Source: Nocardioides sp. (GTDB lineage Bacteria; Actinomycetota; Actinomycetes; Propionibacteriales; Nocardioidaceae). From it: 64,000 nucleotides of DNA. Every line of letters begins with the position of its first letter. The stretch's first letter is position 1. The notes below the pieces were generated by a model. That model was given only the letters and a program-made list of their open reading frames with translations. It ran no database searches and was not told where the DNA came from. A program made the position numbers and the translations under genes. The DNA is taken from assembly GCF_024509035.1 (NCBI RefSeq), contig NZ_JANINT010000014.1, positions 363 to 64,362 on the forward strand. The letters run 5' to 3'. This document shows positions 1-11,171 of this stretch, piece after piece.

Positions 1-292
1 CGTTGAGTGCGGTCTGGCCACCCAACGTCGGGAGCAGCGCGTCGGGCCGCTCCTTGGCGATCACCTTCTCGACGAACTCCGGGGTGATCGGCTCGACGTA
101 CGTCGCGTCGGCGAACTCGGGGTCGGTCATGATCGTGGCCGGGTTGGAGTTGACCAGGATGACCCGCAGGCCCTCGGCCTTGAGCACGCGGCAGGCCTGG
201 GTGCCGGAGTAGTCGAACTCGCAGGCCTGCCCGATGATGATCGGCCCGGAGCCGATCACCAGCACGCTCTTGATGTCATCGCGCTTCGGCAT
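1..292 (-). CDS. carB: carbamoyl-phosphate synthase large subunit (5' part; runs off left edge)
   Basis: Reverse strand from ATG at 292 reads [35 protein letters not shown]...[12 protein letters not shown], the canonical CarB N-terminus; the start overlaps the carA stop. Confidence 0.97.
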   Translation of the reverse strand, partial: MPKRDDIKSVLVIGSGPIIIGQACEFDYSGTQACRVLKAEGLRVILVNSNPATIMTDPEFADATYVEPITPEFVEKVIAKERPDALLPTLGGQTALN

Positions 293-1434
293 CAGGCGTC
301 GCCCTTCCTCTCGGACATCAGGTCCACGAACCGGTCGAAGAGGTACGCCGCGTCGTGCGGGCCGGCGGCGGCCTCGGGGTGGTATTGGACGGAGAAGCCC
401 TTCAGCGTCCCGTCGGCATCGCGCAGCTCGAGGCCCTCGACCACGTCGTCGTTGAGGCAGACGTGGCTCACGCTCGCCTCGCCGTACGGCGTGGACGTGG
501 TGCCCTCCAGCGGCGCGTCGACCGCGAAGCCGTGGTTGTGCGCGGTCACCTCGACCTTGCCCGTGGTGCGGTCCATCACGGGCTGGTTGATGCCGCGGTG
601 GCCGTACTTCAGCTTGTAGGTGCCGAAGCCGAGCGCGCGGCCGAACAGCTGGTTGCCGAAGCAGATGCCGAAGTACGGCACTCCCTCGGCGAGCGCGCCC
701 TGGAGCACCTCGATCTGGTGCGTGGTGGCGGCGGGGTCACCGGGGCCGTTGGAGTAGAAGAGGCCGTCCGCACCGACCGCGCGGATGTCCTCCAGGCTCG
801 CCGTCGCGGGCAGCACGTGCACCTCGACGCCCCGCTCGGCCATCCGGTGCGGCGTCATCGTCTTGATGCCGAGGTCGAGCGCGGCCACGGTGAACCGCTT
901 CTCACCGATGGCGGGGACGACGTACGGCTCCGTGGTCGAGACCTCCGAGGCGAGCTCGGCGCCGGACATCTCGCCCGAGGCACGCACCCGTTCGAGCAGC
1001 GCGGCGGCGTCGGTCTCGGTGCTGGAGATCCCGACCCGCATCGCGCCCCGCTCGCGCAGGTGGCGGGTCAGCGCACGGGTGTCGATGCCGGAGATGCCGA
1101 CGACGCCCTGCTCGCGCAGCTCGTCGTCGAGCGTGCGGCTCGCGCGCCAGCTCGATGACCGGCGGGCGGGGTCGCGCACGACGAAGCCCGCCACCCAGAT
1201 GCGGCGACTCTCGGGGTCCTCGTCGTTGACGCCGGTGTTGCCGATGTGGGGAGCCGTCATGACGACCACCTGGCGGTGGTACGACGGGTCGGTCAGCGTC
1301 TCCTGGTAGCCGGTCATGCCGGTGTTGAAGACCGCCTCGCCGAAGATCTCCCCCTCGGCGCCGAACGACTCGCCGTGGAAGGTCCGGCCGTCCTCGAGCA
1401 CGAGGATCGCCCCCGTGCTCGTCGGGGCGCTCAC
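292..1434 (-). CDS. carA: carbamoyl-phosphate synthase small subunit
   Basis: [21 protein letters not shown] (catalytic Cys) and QYHPE motifs. GTG start at 1434 overlaps the pyrC stop (GTGA); the longer ORF-track extension is spurious. Confidence 0.96.
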   Translation of the reverse strand: MSAPTSTGAILVLEDGRTFHGESFGAEGEIFGEAVFNTGMTGYQETLTDPSYHRQVVVMTAPHIGNTGVNDEDPESRRIWVAGFVVRDPARRSSSWRASRTLDDELREQGVVGISGIDTRALTRHLRERGAMRVGISSTETDAAALLERVRASGEMSGAELASEVSTTEPYVVPAIGEKRFTVAALDLGIKTMTPHRMAERGVEVHVLPATASLEDIRAVGADGLFYSNGPGDPAATTHQIEVLQGALAEGVPYFGICFGNQLFGRALGFGTYKLKYGHRGINQPVMDRTTGKVEVTAHNHGFAVDAPLEGTTSTPYGEASVSHVCLNDDVVEGLELRDADGTLKGFSVQYHPEAAAGPHDAAYLFDRFVDLMSERKGDA

Positions 1435-2725
1435 TGGATCTTCCCGTCGAGCACGGTCGCCTTGCCCCGCAGGAACGTCGCGACCACCCGGCCCGGCAGC
1501 TCCATGCCGCGGTAGGGGGTGTTGCGGCTCAGGCTCTGGCTCTCGGCGGGATCGACCACGCGGGTCGCGCGAGGGTCGTAGAGCACGACGTTGGCCGGCT
1601 CGCCGGCCACGATCGGCCGGCCCTGGACGTCGGAGACCCGGCCGATGCGCGCGGGTGCGTACGACATCCGTTCGGCGACGCCAGCCCAGTCGAGGAGACC
1701 GGTGTCGACCATCGTCTGCTGCACGATCGACAGCGCGGTCTCGAGCCCGAGCATGCCGAAGGCGGCCGCCGCCCACTCGCAGTCCTTGTCCTCGAGGGGG
1801 TGCGGCGCGTGGTCGGTGGCGACGATGTCGATCGTGCCGTCCGCGAGCCCGGCGCGCAGCGCCTCGGCGTCGGCCGTCGAGCGCAGGGGCGGGTTGACCT
1901 TGTAGATCGGGTCGTACGTCGCGGCGAGGTCGTCGGTCAGCAGCAGGTGGTGCGGGCAGGCCTCTGCGGTGACCTGGACGCCCTTGCCCTTGGCCCAGCG
2001 GATCAGCTCGACCGAACCGGCGGTGGAGACGTGGCAGACGTGCAGGCGCGACCCGACGTGCTCGGCGAGCAGCACGTCGCGGGCGATGATCGCCTCCTCG
2101 GCGACCGCCGGCCAGCCGGCCAGCCCGAGCCGGCCGGAGAGCTCGCCCTCGTTCATCTGCGCGCCCTCGGTGAGGCGCGGCTCCTGGGCGTGCTGGGCGA
2201 CGACGCCGTCGAACGCCTTGACGTACTCCAGGGCCCGGCGCATGAGGACCGCGTCGCTGACGCACTTGCCGTCGTCGGAGAACACCCGCACCCGGGCGGC
2301 CGAGTCGGCCATGGCGCCGAGCTCGGCGAGCTGCTGGCCGGCGAGGCCGACCGTGACTGCGCCGACGGGGTAGACGTCGCAGTAGCCGGCCTCGCGGCCC
2401 AGCCGCCAGACCTGCTCGACGACGCCGGCCGTGTCGGCGACCGGCTCGGTGTTGGCCATCGCGTGCACGGCGGTGAAGCCGCCCATGGCCGCGGCGCGGG
2501 TGCCGGACTCGACGGTCTCGGCGTCCTCGCGGCCCGGCTCGCGCAGGTGGGTGTGCAGGTCGACCAGGCCCGGCAGCGCGATGAGGCCCGTGCCGTCGAT
2601 CTCCTCGACGCCGTCGTCCGAGGACACGCCACGCAGGTCGCCGATGTGACCGATCCTGCCCTCGTTGAGGACGAGGTTGGTCGGCTGCCCGCCCAGGATG
2701 CTGACGTTCTTGATCCAGTACGTGG

Positions 2726-2729
<4 letters not shown>
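1431..2729 (-). CDS. pyrC: dihydroorotase
   Basis: [14 protein letters not shown] metal-binding motif, KVNPPLR, ATDHAPH; position in the pyr operon. Confidence 0.96.
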
Positions 2730-4379
<1,650 letters not shown>

Positions 4380-4472
4380 CTCCCCCGAGCAGGCCTCGTG
4401 CGCGCCGGGGCTGTGCTGTCTCGGATGCCGGAGATCTCCAGCAGCGCCGAACGCGGCCGCGAGAGAACGGTC

Positions 4473-4602
4473 TGGTCACCGGGACGTCATACGACGTGGG
4501 CATCCCGGCGACCAGAACGTATGACGCCCGGCGGGCGGCCCGGGGACGTCATACGACGTGGGCATCCCAGCGACCAGAACGTATGACGCCCCGGGGTGAC
4601 CA
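4473..4602. repeat. REP/MITE-like doublet: two 49-bp direct units with self-complementary ends inside TGGTCAC...GTGACCA inverted ends
   Basis: Units 4481-4529 and 4543-4591 differ at one base; each has GTCATACG...CGTATGAC ends. Related to 18116-18246. Confidence 0.9.
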
Positions 4603-4769
4603 CAGGTCGGCGCCCTCCCGATAGGCGCCAACTCGGCTCCCCCACGACCCCGTCGGACGACGTTCCGAGGCCCCGTAGCCAGCGCGCCCACCGCCACCAC
4701 ACCGTCGGAGCACCATCCCAGGAGCGATCTCGCGGCCCGCGCGGCGACGAAGTCGACGCGAGACGCGTG

Positions 4770-4808
4770 CACGTTGACCCGCCCGAAAGTTTCGGGCGGG
4801 TCAACGTG
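4770..4808. repeat. perfect 19-bp-arm palindrome (dispersed copy 1; may act as terminator)
   Basis: cacgttgacccgcccgaaa-g-tttcgggcgggtcaacgtg; 36 bp are identical to 28510-28545. Confidence 0.9.
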
Positions 4809-4852
4809 GTGGTGGACCGGGGCCGGATGCGACGACCCCGGTCCGATGGGAG

Positions 4853-5809
4853 TCAGCCGGAGACGGCGAGCTCCCGGTCCTGGCCCGGCGTCGTGGCCTG
4901 GCCGTCGGGAACGATGCGGGTCCCGGCGATCCCGGCCACGATGTCGGCGATGTCGGCCAGCGAGCCGATGGCCGCGGTGCGGCCGGTCTGCTCGACGAAC
5001 CGGCAGACCGCCTCGACCTTCGGACCCATCGAGCCGGCCGCGAAGTCGAACGCCCGCAGCTCCGACGGCGTCGTCTCGGTCAGGCGCCGCTGGTCGGGGG
5101 TGCCCCAGTCGACGTACACGCCGTCGACGTCGGTGGCGATCACCAGCATGTCGGCGTCGATCTCCCGCGCCAGCAGCGAGGACGCGAGGTCCTTGTCGAT
5201 GACGGCCTCGACCCCGCGCAGGATGCGCCCGGGCTCGAGGACGGTCGGGATGCCGCCGCCACCGGCGCACACCACGACGGTGCCGTTCTCCACGAGGGAC
5301 CGGATCGAGGGCACCTCGTAGATGTGCTGCGGCTCCGGCGAGGCGACGACCCGGCGGTAGGACGAGCCGTCGGGGCGGATGGCCCAGCCATTCTCGGCCG
5401 CGAGGCGCTCGGCCTCCTCCTGCATGTAGATCGGGCCGATGAACTTCGTCGGGTTCTGGAACGCCGGGTCCTCCGGGTCCACCCGCACCATCGTCAGCAA
5501 CGTGGCGATGTGCTTCTCGAGCGGCAGCACGTTGCCGAGCTCCTGCTCGATGACGTAGCCGATCATCGCCTCGGTCTGGGCGCCGAGGACGTCCAGCGGG
5601 TAGGGCCGCACGTCCTCGTACGCCGCCGCCTGGAGGGCGAGCAGGCCGACCTGGGGGCCGTTGCCGTGGGCGATGACGACCTCGTTGTCGGGCACCACCG
5701 TGGCGATGCGTTCGGCAGCGATGCGGATGTTCGCGCGCTGGTTGTCCGCGGTCAGCGGTTCACCACGACGCAGGAGGGCGTTGCCGCCCAGGGCGATCAC
5801 GATTCTCAT
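4853..5809 (-). CDS. arcC: carbamate kinase
   Basis: [34 protein letters not shown] and GSMGPKV motifs. Confidence 0.97.
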   Translation of the reverse strand: MRIVIALGGNALLRRGEPLTADNQRANIRIAAERIATVVPDNEVVIAHGNGPQVGLLALQAAAYEDVRPYPLDVLGAQTEAMIGYVIEQELGNVLPLEKHIATLLTMVRVDPEDPAFQNPTKFIGPIYMQEEAERLAAENGWAIRPDGSSYRRVVASPEPQHIYEVPSIRSLVENGTVVVCAGGGGIPTVLEPGRILRGVEAVIDKDLASSLLAREIDADMLVIATDVDGVYVDWGTPDQRRLTETTPSELRAFDFAAGSMGPKVEAVCRFVEQTGRTAAIGSLADIADIVAGIAGTRIVPDGQATTPGQDRELAVSG

Positions 5810-5823
5810 GATGGCGATTCCTC

Positions 5824-6828
5824 TCAGGCCAGCGACGCGACGAGCAGCGCCTTGATGGTGTGCATCCGGTTCTCCGCCTGGTCGAAGGAGATGTTGGCCG
5901 AGGACTCGAACACGTCCTCGGTGACCTCGATCCCGTTCGCGAGCTGCGGGTACTGCTGGACCACCTGGGCACCGACCTTGGTCTGGGTGTTGTGGAAGGC
6001 CGGCAGGCAGTGCAGCACCTTGACCCGCGGGTTGCCGGTGGCGTGCAGCAGGTCGGCGTTGATCTGGAAGGGCAGGCAGGCCTCGACGCGCTCGGCCCAC
6101 GACTCGACGGGCTCACCCATCGAGACCCACACGTCGGTGTAGATGAAGTCGACGCCCGCGACGGCCTCCTGGGGGTCGTCGGTGACCATGATCCGGGCGC
6201 CGGACTCGTCGGCGAGCTCGTGGCAGAGCTTGACCAGCTCGTCCTCGGGCCACAGGTCCTGGGGAGCCCCGATGCGTACGTCCATGCCGAGCTTGGCCGC
6301 GACGAGCATGAGCGAGTTGGCCACGTTGTTGCGGCCGTCGCCCACGTAGGCGAACGCGATCTCGTGGATCGGCTTGTCGCTGTGCTCGCGCATGGTGAGC
6401 ACGTCGGCGAGCATCTGGGTGGGGTGGAACTCGTCGGTGAGGCCGTTGAACACCGGGACCCCGGCGTACTTGGCGAGCTCCTCGACGACGTCCTGGGAGA
6501 AGCCGCGGTACTCGATGGCGTCGTACATCCGGCCGAGCACGCGTGCGGTGTCGGCGACCGACTCCTTGTGCCCGAGCTGGGACGACGCGGGGTCGATGTA
6601 GGTGACGTGCGCACCCTGGTCGTAGGAGGCGACCTCGAAGGCGCAGCGGGTGCGGGTGGAGGTCTTCTCGAAGATCAGCGCGACGTTGCGGCCCTGCAGG
6701 AGCTGGCGCTCGGTCCCGGCGTACTTCGCGCGCTTGAGGTCGCGCGAGAGGTCGAGCAGGTAGCGGATCTCGTCCGCGGTGTGGTGACGCAGGCTCAGCA
6801 GGTGACGCCCACGAAGGTTGACCGGCAT
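5824..6828 (-). CDS. arcB: ornithine carbamoyltransferase (catabolic, arc operon)
   Basis: [21 protein letters not shown] and HCLPAFH motifs; lies between arcA and arcC. Confidence 0.95.
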   Translation of the reverse strand: MPVNLRGRHLLSLRHHTADEIRYLLDLSRDLKRAKYAGTERQLLQGRNVALIFEKTSTRTRCAFEVASYDQGAHVTYIDPASSQLGHKESVADTARVLGRMYDAIEYRGFSQDVVEELAKYAGVPVFNGLTDEFHPTQMLADVLTMREHSDKPIHEIAFAYVGDGRNNVANSLMLVAAKLGMDVRIGAPQDLWPEDELVKLCHELADESGARIMVTDDPQEAVAGVDFIYTDVWVSMGEPVESWAERVEACLPFQINADLLHATGNPRVKVLHCLPAFHNTQTKVGAQVVQQYPQLANGIEVTEDVFESSANISFDQAENRMHTIKALLVASLA

Positions 6829-6872
6829 GGTCGGTAGTCCTCTCTTGTTCCGGCTCAGGGTCCGGTCGTTGG

Positions 6873-8168
6873 TCAGTAGTCGATGGGGTCGCGCAGGATC
6901 GGGCAGGTCATGCAGCGCCCGCCGCCTCGGCCCCGGCCCAGCTCGCTCGCGTCGATCGTGATGACCTCGATGCCGGCCTTGCGGAGCTGGGTGTTGGTGT
7001 GGGTGTTGCGGTCGTATCCGATGACGACACCGGGCTCGAGCGCGAGGACGTTGTTGCCGTCGTCCCACTGCTCGCGGGCGGAGCCGTAGCGGTCGCCGCC
7101 GGTGGGCACGTTGCGCATCTTCACGCCGAGCGCCTCGGAGACCACGTCGACGAAGTGCTTGTCCTCGTGGCGGACGTCCAGGCCCGAGGGCGAGGACTCG
7201 TCGGGTCGCAGCGAGAAGCTGTCGATCGCGTCGACGACCGGGCCGTACGCCGTGACGACGTCGCGGTCGCAGAAGGTGAACACGGTGTCGATGTGCATCG
7301 CCGCGCGCGTCCGAGGCAGACCGGCCGCGATGACCCGCTCGGCGGCACCGGCGGCGAACAGCGACCGGGCGACCTGGGTGATGGCCTGCTGCGAGGTCCG
7401 CTCGCCCATGCCGATCACGACCACGCCGTTGCCGATCGGCATCACGTCGCCGCCCTCGATCGTGGCGTTGCCACGGTCGCGGGGCTGCTGGTCGGGGTCG
7501 CCGAACCACACGCGGAAGTCCTCGCCGGCGAAGGCGGGGTGGAAGCGGTAGATCGCCGTGGTCAGCAGGGTCTCCTGGCGACGAGCGCCCCAGTACATGC
7601 TGTTGAGGGTCACGCCCTGGTAGACCCAGGAGGAGTTGTCGCGGGCGAAGACGGTGTTCGGCAGCGGCGGCAGCACGAACTGCTGCACGTCGGCGTCGCG
7701 GAAGGACCGCAGGAAGGAGCCGGCCATGTCGTCGGGCACGTCGCTGAACGCGACACCGCCGATGAGGAACTCCGCCAGCTTCTCGGCCGGCAGGCTCTCC
7801 AGCCAGGCGCGCACCTCGTGGACGAGGCCGGGGCCGATCTGGTCGTCGGTGATCTTGCGGTCGAGGATCCAGTTGCGGCCCTCGGGGTAGCGCACGACGT
7901 CGACGAGCAGCTGCAGCATGTCGAGCACCTCGATGCCGCGGTCGCGCATCTTGGTGACGAAGTCGTAGTGGTCGCGCTTGGCCTGGCTGACCCAGATGAC
8001 GTCGTCGTACAGGAGCTCGTCGCAGGTGTCGGGGGTGAGCCGCAGGTGGGCGAGTCCGGGGGCGCAGACCATCACGCGTCGGAGACGGCCGGCCTCGGAC
8101 CACACGCCGACTCGAGGGTCGGTGACGGTTCCTTCGACCGTGGCCCGGGGCAGTTGTTCGATAGCCAT
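6873..8168 (-). CDS. arcA: arginine deiminase
   Basis: [25 protein letters not shown] and [11 protein letters not shown]...RDPIDY; catalytic Asp, His and Cys are present. Start chosen at MAIEQ. Confidence 0.96.
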   Translation of the reverse strand: MAIEQLPRATVEGTVTDPRVGVWSEAGRLRRVMVCAPGLAHLRLTPDTCDELLYDDVIWVSQAKRDHYDFVTKMRDRGIEVLDMLQLLVDVVRYPEGRNWILDRKITDDQIGPGLVHEVRAWLESLPAEKLAEFLIGGVAFSDVPDDMAGSFLRSFRDADVQQFVLPPLPNTVFARDNSSWVYQGVTLNSMYWGARRQETLLTTAIYRFHPAFAGEDFRVWFGDPDQQPRDRGNATIEGGDVMPIGNGVVVIGMGERTSQQAITQVARSLFAAGAAERVIAAGLPRTRAAMHIDTVFTFCDRDVVTAYGPVVDAIDSFSLRPDESSPSGLDVRHEDKHFVDVVSEALGVKMRNVPTGGDRYGSAREQWDDGNNVLALEPGVVIGYDRNTHTNTQLRKAGIEVITIDASELGRGRGGGRCMTCPILRDPIDY

Positions 8169-8237
8169 GATGAGACTTCCTCGCTCAGGGATGGGACAGG
8201 CCGGGGTTCGGGGTCCGGGCAGCGTCAGCCGCCGGTC

Positions 8238-8270
8238 GGGCGGGGCGGCGGCCCGAGGACCGCCCCGCCC
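8238..8270. terminator. GC-rich hairpin between arcD and arcA (partial terminator or processing/stability stem)
   Basis: 11-bp arms gggcggggcgg / ccgccccgccc. Confidence 0.55.
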
Positions 8271-8308
8271 CCCGGTGTTGCGAGAGGTGATGCCGAGGAT
8301 CGGCAGCG

Positions 8309-9775
8309 TCAGATGGTGACGAAGCCCTGGATGAGGCCGACGACGCCGGCGACGGCGAGGACACTGACCACGCCGACGACCAGACGCTCGGCCGCGGTGA
8401 AGATCTCCGCGCGAACCTGCTTGCGGGCCCAGACGTAGAGCGCGGTGCCGACGAGGTAGAAGATGCCGGCGACCAGCACGTACTTCCAGCCACCCGCGTA
8501 GACCAGCCACACCGCGTAGGCGAGGGCGACCAGGCCGATGAGGAGGTCGCGCGTGCGGCTCTCTCCGACGTAGGTCTCACCGGTGAACGCGAGCTTGACC
8601 TGGTAGAGCGCCGACCAGAGGTAGGGCAGCAGGATCAGCGAGGTCGCGAGGTAGATCAGGTCGGTGTAGGTGCTGTCGTTGAACAGCGTCCAGATCAGCA
8701 TCAGCTGCACGCAGCCGTTGGTCAGCCACAGCGCGTTCGACGGGGCGCCGTACCGGTTCTCCGCGCCGAGCTGGCGCGGCAGCACGCCCTCCTGGGCGGG
8801 GAGCCGGAGGATCTCGACGCAGAGGAGCACCCACGAGAGGAGCGCGCCCAGCAGCGAGATCGCGAGTCCGGCGGAGATGAACCCGGTGCCCCAGCTGCCG
8901 ACCTCGTGGCGCATGAGACCGGCCATCGACGGGTCGTCCAGGCCGGCGATCTTGGCCTGGTTCATCAGGCCGTAGGACAGCACGTTGACCGCGAGCAGCA
9001 GGCCGAGGACGCCGACGAAGCCGATGACGGTCGCGCGGCCGACGTCGCTGCGCTTGGCGGCGCGCTGGCTGTAGACCGAGGCGCCCTCGATGCCGATGAA
9101 CACCCAGACGGTGACCAGCATCATGTTCTTGACCTGGTCGAGCGTCGAGCCGAGGCCCTGGTTGTCGCCCCAGAAGTCGGCGGTGAAGATGCCGGCCTTG
9201 AAGCCGACGGCCGCGATGGCGATGAAGGTGACGATCGGGACGACCTTGGCGATCGTGACGAGCGTGTTGACGAAGGCCGCGTTGTGCACGCCGCGCGTGG
9301 TCAGCCAGTGCAGGACCCACAGCACGACCGAGGCGCACACGATCGCCGAGACCGTGTTGCCGCCCTCGAAGGCGGGGATGAAGTAGCCCAGGGTCGACAT
9401 GAGCAGCACGAGGTAGCCGACGTTGCCGATCCAGGCGCTGATCCAGTATCCCCACGCCGAGGTGAAGCCGAGGTAGTTGCCGAAGCCGGCGCGGGCGTAT
9501 CCGTAGACACCGCCGTCCACCTCGGGCTTGCGGCGCGAGAGCGTCTGGAAGACGAACGCCAGCATGAGCATGCCGACGCCGGTGATGAGCCAGCCGATGA
9601 GCAGCGGCCCGGGAGCGGCGCTCCCGGCCATCTGGGAGGGCAGGGCGAAGATGCCACTGCCGATCATCGAGCCGACGACGAGTGCGACCAGGGCGGGCAG
9701 AGCCAGGGTTCCGGCGCCACGCCCGGGTTGCTCAGGACTGGGGCCCGACGGTGGTCGGACCATCTGCTGAGTCAT
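8309..9775 (-). CDS. arcD: arginine/ornithine antiporter (APC family)
   Basis: [23 protein letters not shown], about 12 hydrophobic segments; first gene of arcDABC. Confidence 0.9.
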   Translation of the reverse strand: MTQQMVRPPSGPSPEQPGRGAGTLALPALVALVVGSMIGSGIFALPSQMAGSAAPGPLLIGWLITGVGMLMLAFVFQTLSRRKPEVDGGVYGYARAGFGNYLGFTSAWGYWISAWIGNVGYLVLLMSTLGYFIPAFEGGNTVSAIVCASVVLWVLHWLTTRGVHNAAFVNTLVTIAKVVPIVTFIAIAAVGFKAGIFTADFWGDNQGLGSTLDQVKNMMLVTVWVFIGIEGASVYSQRAAKRSDVGRATVIGFVGVLGLLLAVNVLSYGLMNQAKIAGLDDPSMAGLMRHEVGSWGTGFISAGLAISLLGALLSWVLLCVEILRLPAQEGVLPRQLGAENRYGAPSNALWLTNGCVQLMLIWTLFNDSTYTDLIYLATSLILLPYLWSALYQVKLAFTGETYVGESRTRDLLIGLVALAYAVWLVYAGGWKYVLVAGIFYLVGTALYVWARKQVRAEIFTAAERLVVGVVSVLAVAGVVGLIQGFVTI

Positions 9776-9787
9776 GTAGTTCGGGCC

Positions 9788-9830
9788 TCCTTCAGGGGGA
9801 CAGAAGACCGATCTTCCGTCCTGTGAAGGA
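9788..9830 (-). promoter_or_regulatory. stem-loop sequestering the arcD Shine-Dalgarno
   Basis: Minus strand TCCTTCA-CA-GGAC-GGAAGA-TCGG-TCTTCT-GTCC-CCC-TGAAGGA. The 3' arm overlaps AAGGAGG, 10 nt before the ATG. Confidence 0.55.
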
Positions 9831-9952
9831 CGCTAGGGCGCCTCGGAATGCGCACAGCAGGGACCAACGGCACATGCGATCGGGACCCGTCCCAGCCGGC
9901 GGAGGGCCACCGAACCGGGCCGTCTCCGCGCTCGTCCGCGCGGTCGTGGATC

Positions 9953-9981
9953 ACTGTACAGCGGCATGCATGACCTTGCAT
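9953..9981 (-). promoter_or_regulatory. putative arc promoter (-35 ATGCAA, 17 bp, -10 TACAGT) overlapped by an ARG-box-like palindrome
   Basis: ATGCATGACCTTGCAT at 9966-9981 resembles the actinobacterial TGCAT-N4-ATGCA ArgR box (one mismatch). Confidence 0.5.
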
Positions 9982-10120
9982 CGCTGGCCGCGGGAGGGCC
10001 GGCCCGCACCGACGGAATCACCCACTCGGGTGGCCCGGGCCCAGGCTGGGACACCAGGGACGGACGGTCCTCGACCGGATTGAGGCCTTCGTCACGTCGA
10101 GCGCGCGGAGATCACTCGGC

Positions 10121-11134
10121 TCACGCCTCGAGGTCGATGAGCACCTTGCCGACGGCGCCCGCCTCGACCGCGTCCTGGGCCTCGGCGGTCTGCTCGAGCG
10201 TGAAGTGGTGCAGCGGAAGCCCGGCCTCGGGCCCGACGCCGAACGCACCCGCCTCGACGGCGGCGGCGACGTCCTCGACCGCAGCGTGGAGAAGGCCCTC
10301 GTCGAGGGTGTAGAGGATGAGGAACTGGAAGCGCAGGTTCTTGCCGAACGCGGCTCGCAGCGGCATCGTCAGCTCGTCGCCCCCGTTGTTGGCGTAGATC
10401 GCGACGGTCCCGTGCACGCGGACGACCTCGAGGTCGAGGCCGACGTTCTGAGCCGGCGCGACCTCGACGGCCAGGTCGACGCCCTCGGGGGCGATCTCGA
10501 GGATCGCCGCCGCGGCCCCGGGCTCGCGGTAGTTGATGACGTGATGGGCTCCGGCAGCCCGCGCCAGGGCGGCCTTCTCCTCACCGCTCACCGTCGTGAC
10601 GACGGTCGCGCCCGCCCAGCGGGCAAGCTGGATGGCTGCGTTGCCGACGGCACCCGCTCCCCCGGCCACCAGCACGACGCGGCCCTCCAGCGCGCCGGGT
10701 GCGAGCCGGGCCGGACCACCCTCGATCGTGGTGAGCGCGCGGTGGGCCGTGACGGCCGGGACGCCCAGGCTCGCGCCGAGGTCGTACGACGCGGCGTCGG
10801 GCAGCGCGACCACCCGGTCGACCGGCTGCACCGTGTACTCGGCCGCGGTGCCGTAGGCGCGTCCGTGCTGGGCGAGCACCAGCCAGACCCTGTCACCGAC
10901 CGACAGTCCGCCGACGCCCGCGCCGACGGCGTCGACGACGCCCGCGCCGTCCTGGCCGGGCACCACCTCGTCGTACCCCGACATCATCGAGGCGCGGAAC
11001 TTCCAGTCCGTGGGGTTGACCCCGGCCCGCACGATCCGCACCCGCACCTCTCCCGCCCCGGGCTCCGGGAGCGGGCGCTCGACGACCTCGAGCACCGAGG
11101 ACGGTCCGGTCTGGCGGTAGACGACTGCGCGCAT
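10121..11134 (-). CDS. NADPH:quinone reductase (zeta-crystallin/MDR family)
   Basis: VRIVRAGVNPTDWK, PGQDGAGVV, LVAGGAGAVG; -10 TAGGTT 6 nt before the ATG (leaderless). Confidence 0.88.
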   Translation of the reverse strand: MRAVVYRQTGPSSVLEVVERPLPEPGAGEVRVRIVRAGVNPTDWKFRASMMSGYDEVVPGQDGAGVVDAVGAGVGGLSVGDRVWLVLAQHGRAYGTAAEYTVQPVDRVVALPDAASYDLGASLGVPAVTAHRALTTIEGGPARLAPGALEGRVVLVAGGAGAVGNAAIQLARWAGATVVTTVSGEEKAALARAAGAHHVINYREPGAAAAILEIAPEGVDLAVEVAPAQNVGLDLEVVRVHGTVAIYANNGGDELTMPLRAAFGKNLRFQFLILYTLDEGLLHAAVEDVAAAVEAGAFGVGPEAGLPLHHFTLEQTAEAQDAVEAGAVGKVLIDLEA

Positions 11135-11171
11135 GGGGTGAACCTAACGCGCCCGTGGGCGACGCCTCCGG

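Noticed and set aside
292-2265. N-terminally extended or fused ORFs in the track (carA, arcB 5824-8103, alaS 24887-28315, hisS 38333-40357, apt 45830-47137, aroQ 18365-20386)
   Set aside because: The extensions overlap upstream genes in another frame and are Arg/Pro/Gly-rich noise; true starts coincide with stop-start overlaps or an SD.
4481-4591. Possible mini-CRISPR array
   Set aside because: Only two 49-bp units with a 13-bp gap and no cas genes; the inverted arrangement at 18116 fits REP-like elements instead.
4603-4769. Small gene or pseudogene between the two repeats
   Set aside because: ORF-track candidates cross the repeats, lack an SD or recognisable motifs, and could not be supported.
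9780-10110. FNR/ANR or Rex box upstream of arcD
   Set aside because: No TTGAT-N4-ATCAA or TTGTGAA-N4-TTCACAA match was found by eye.
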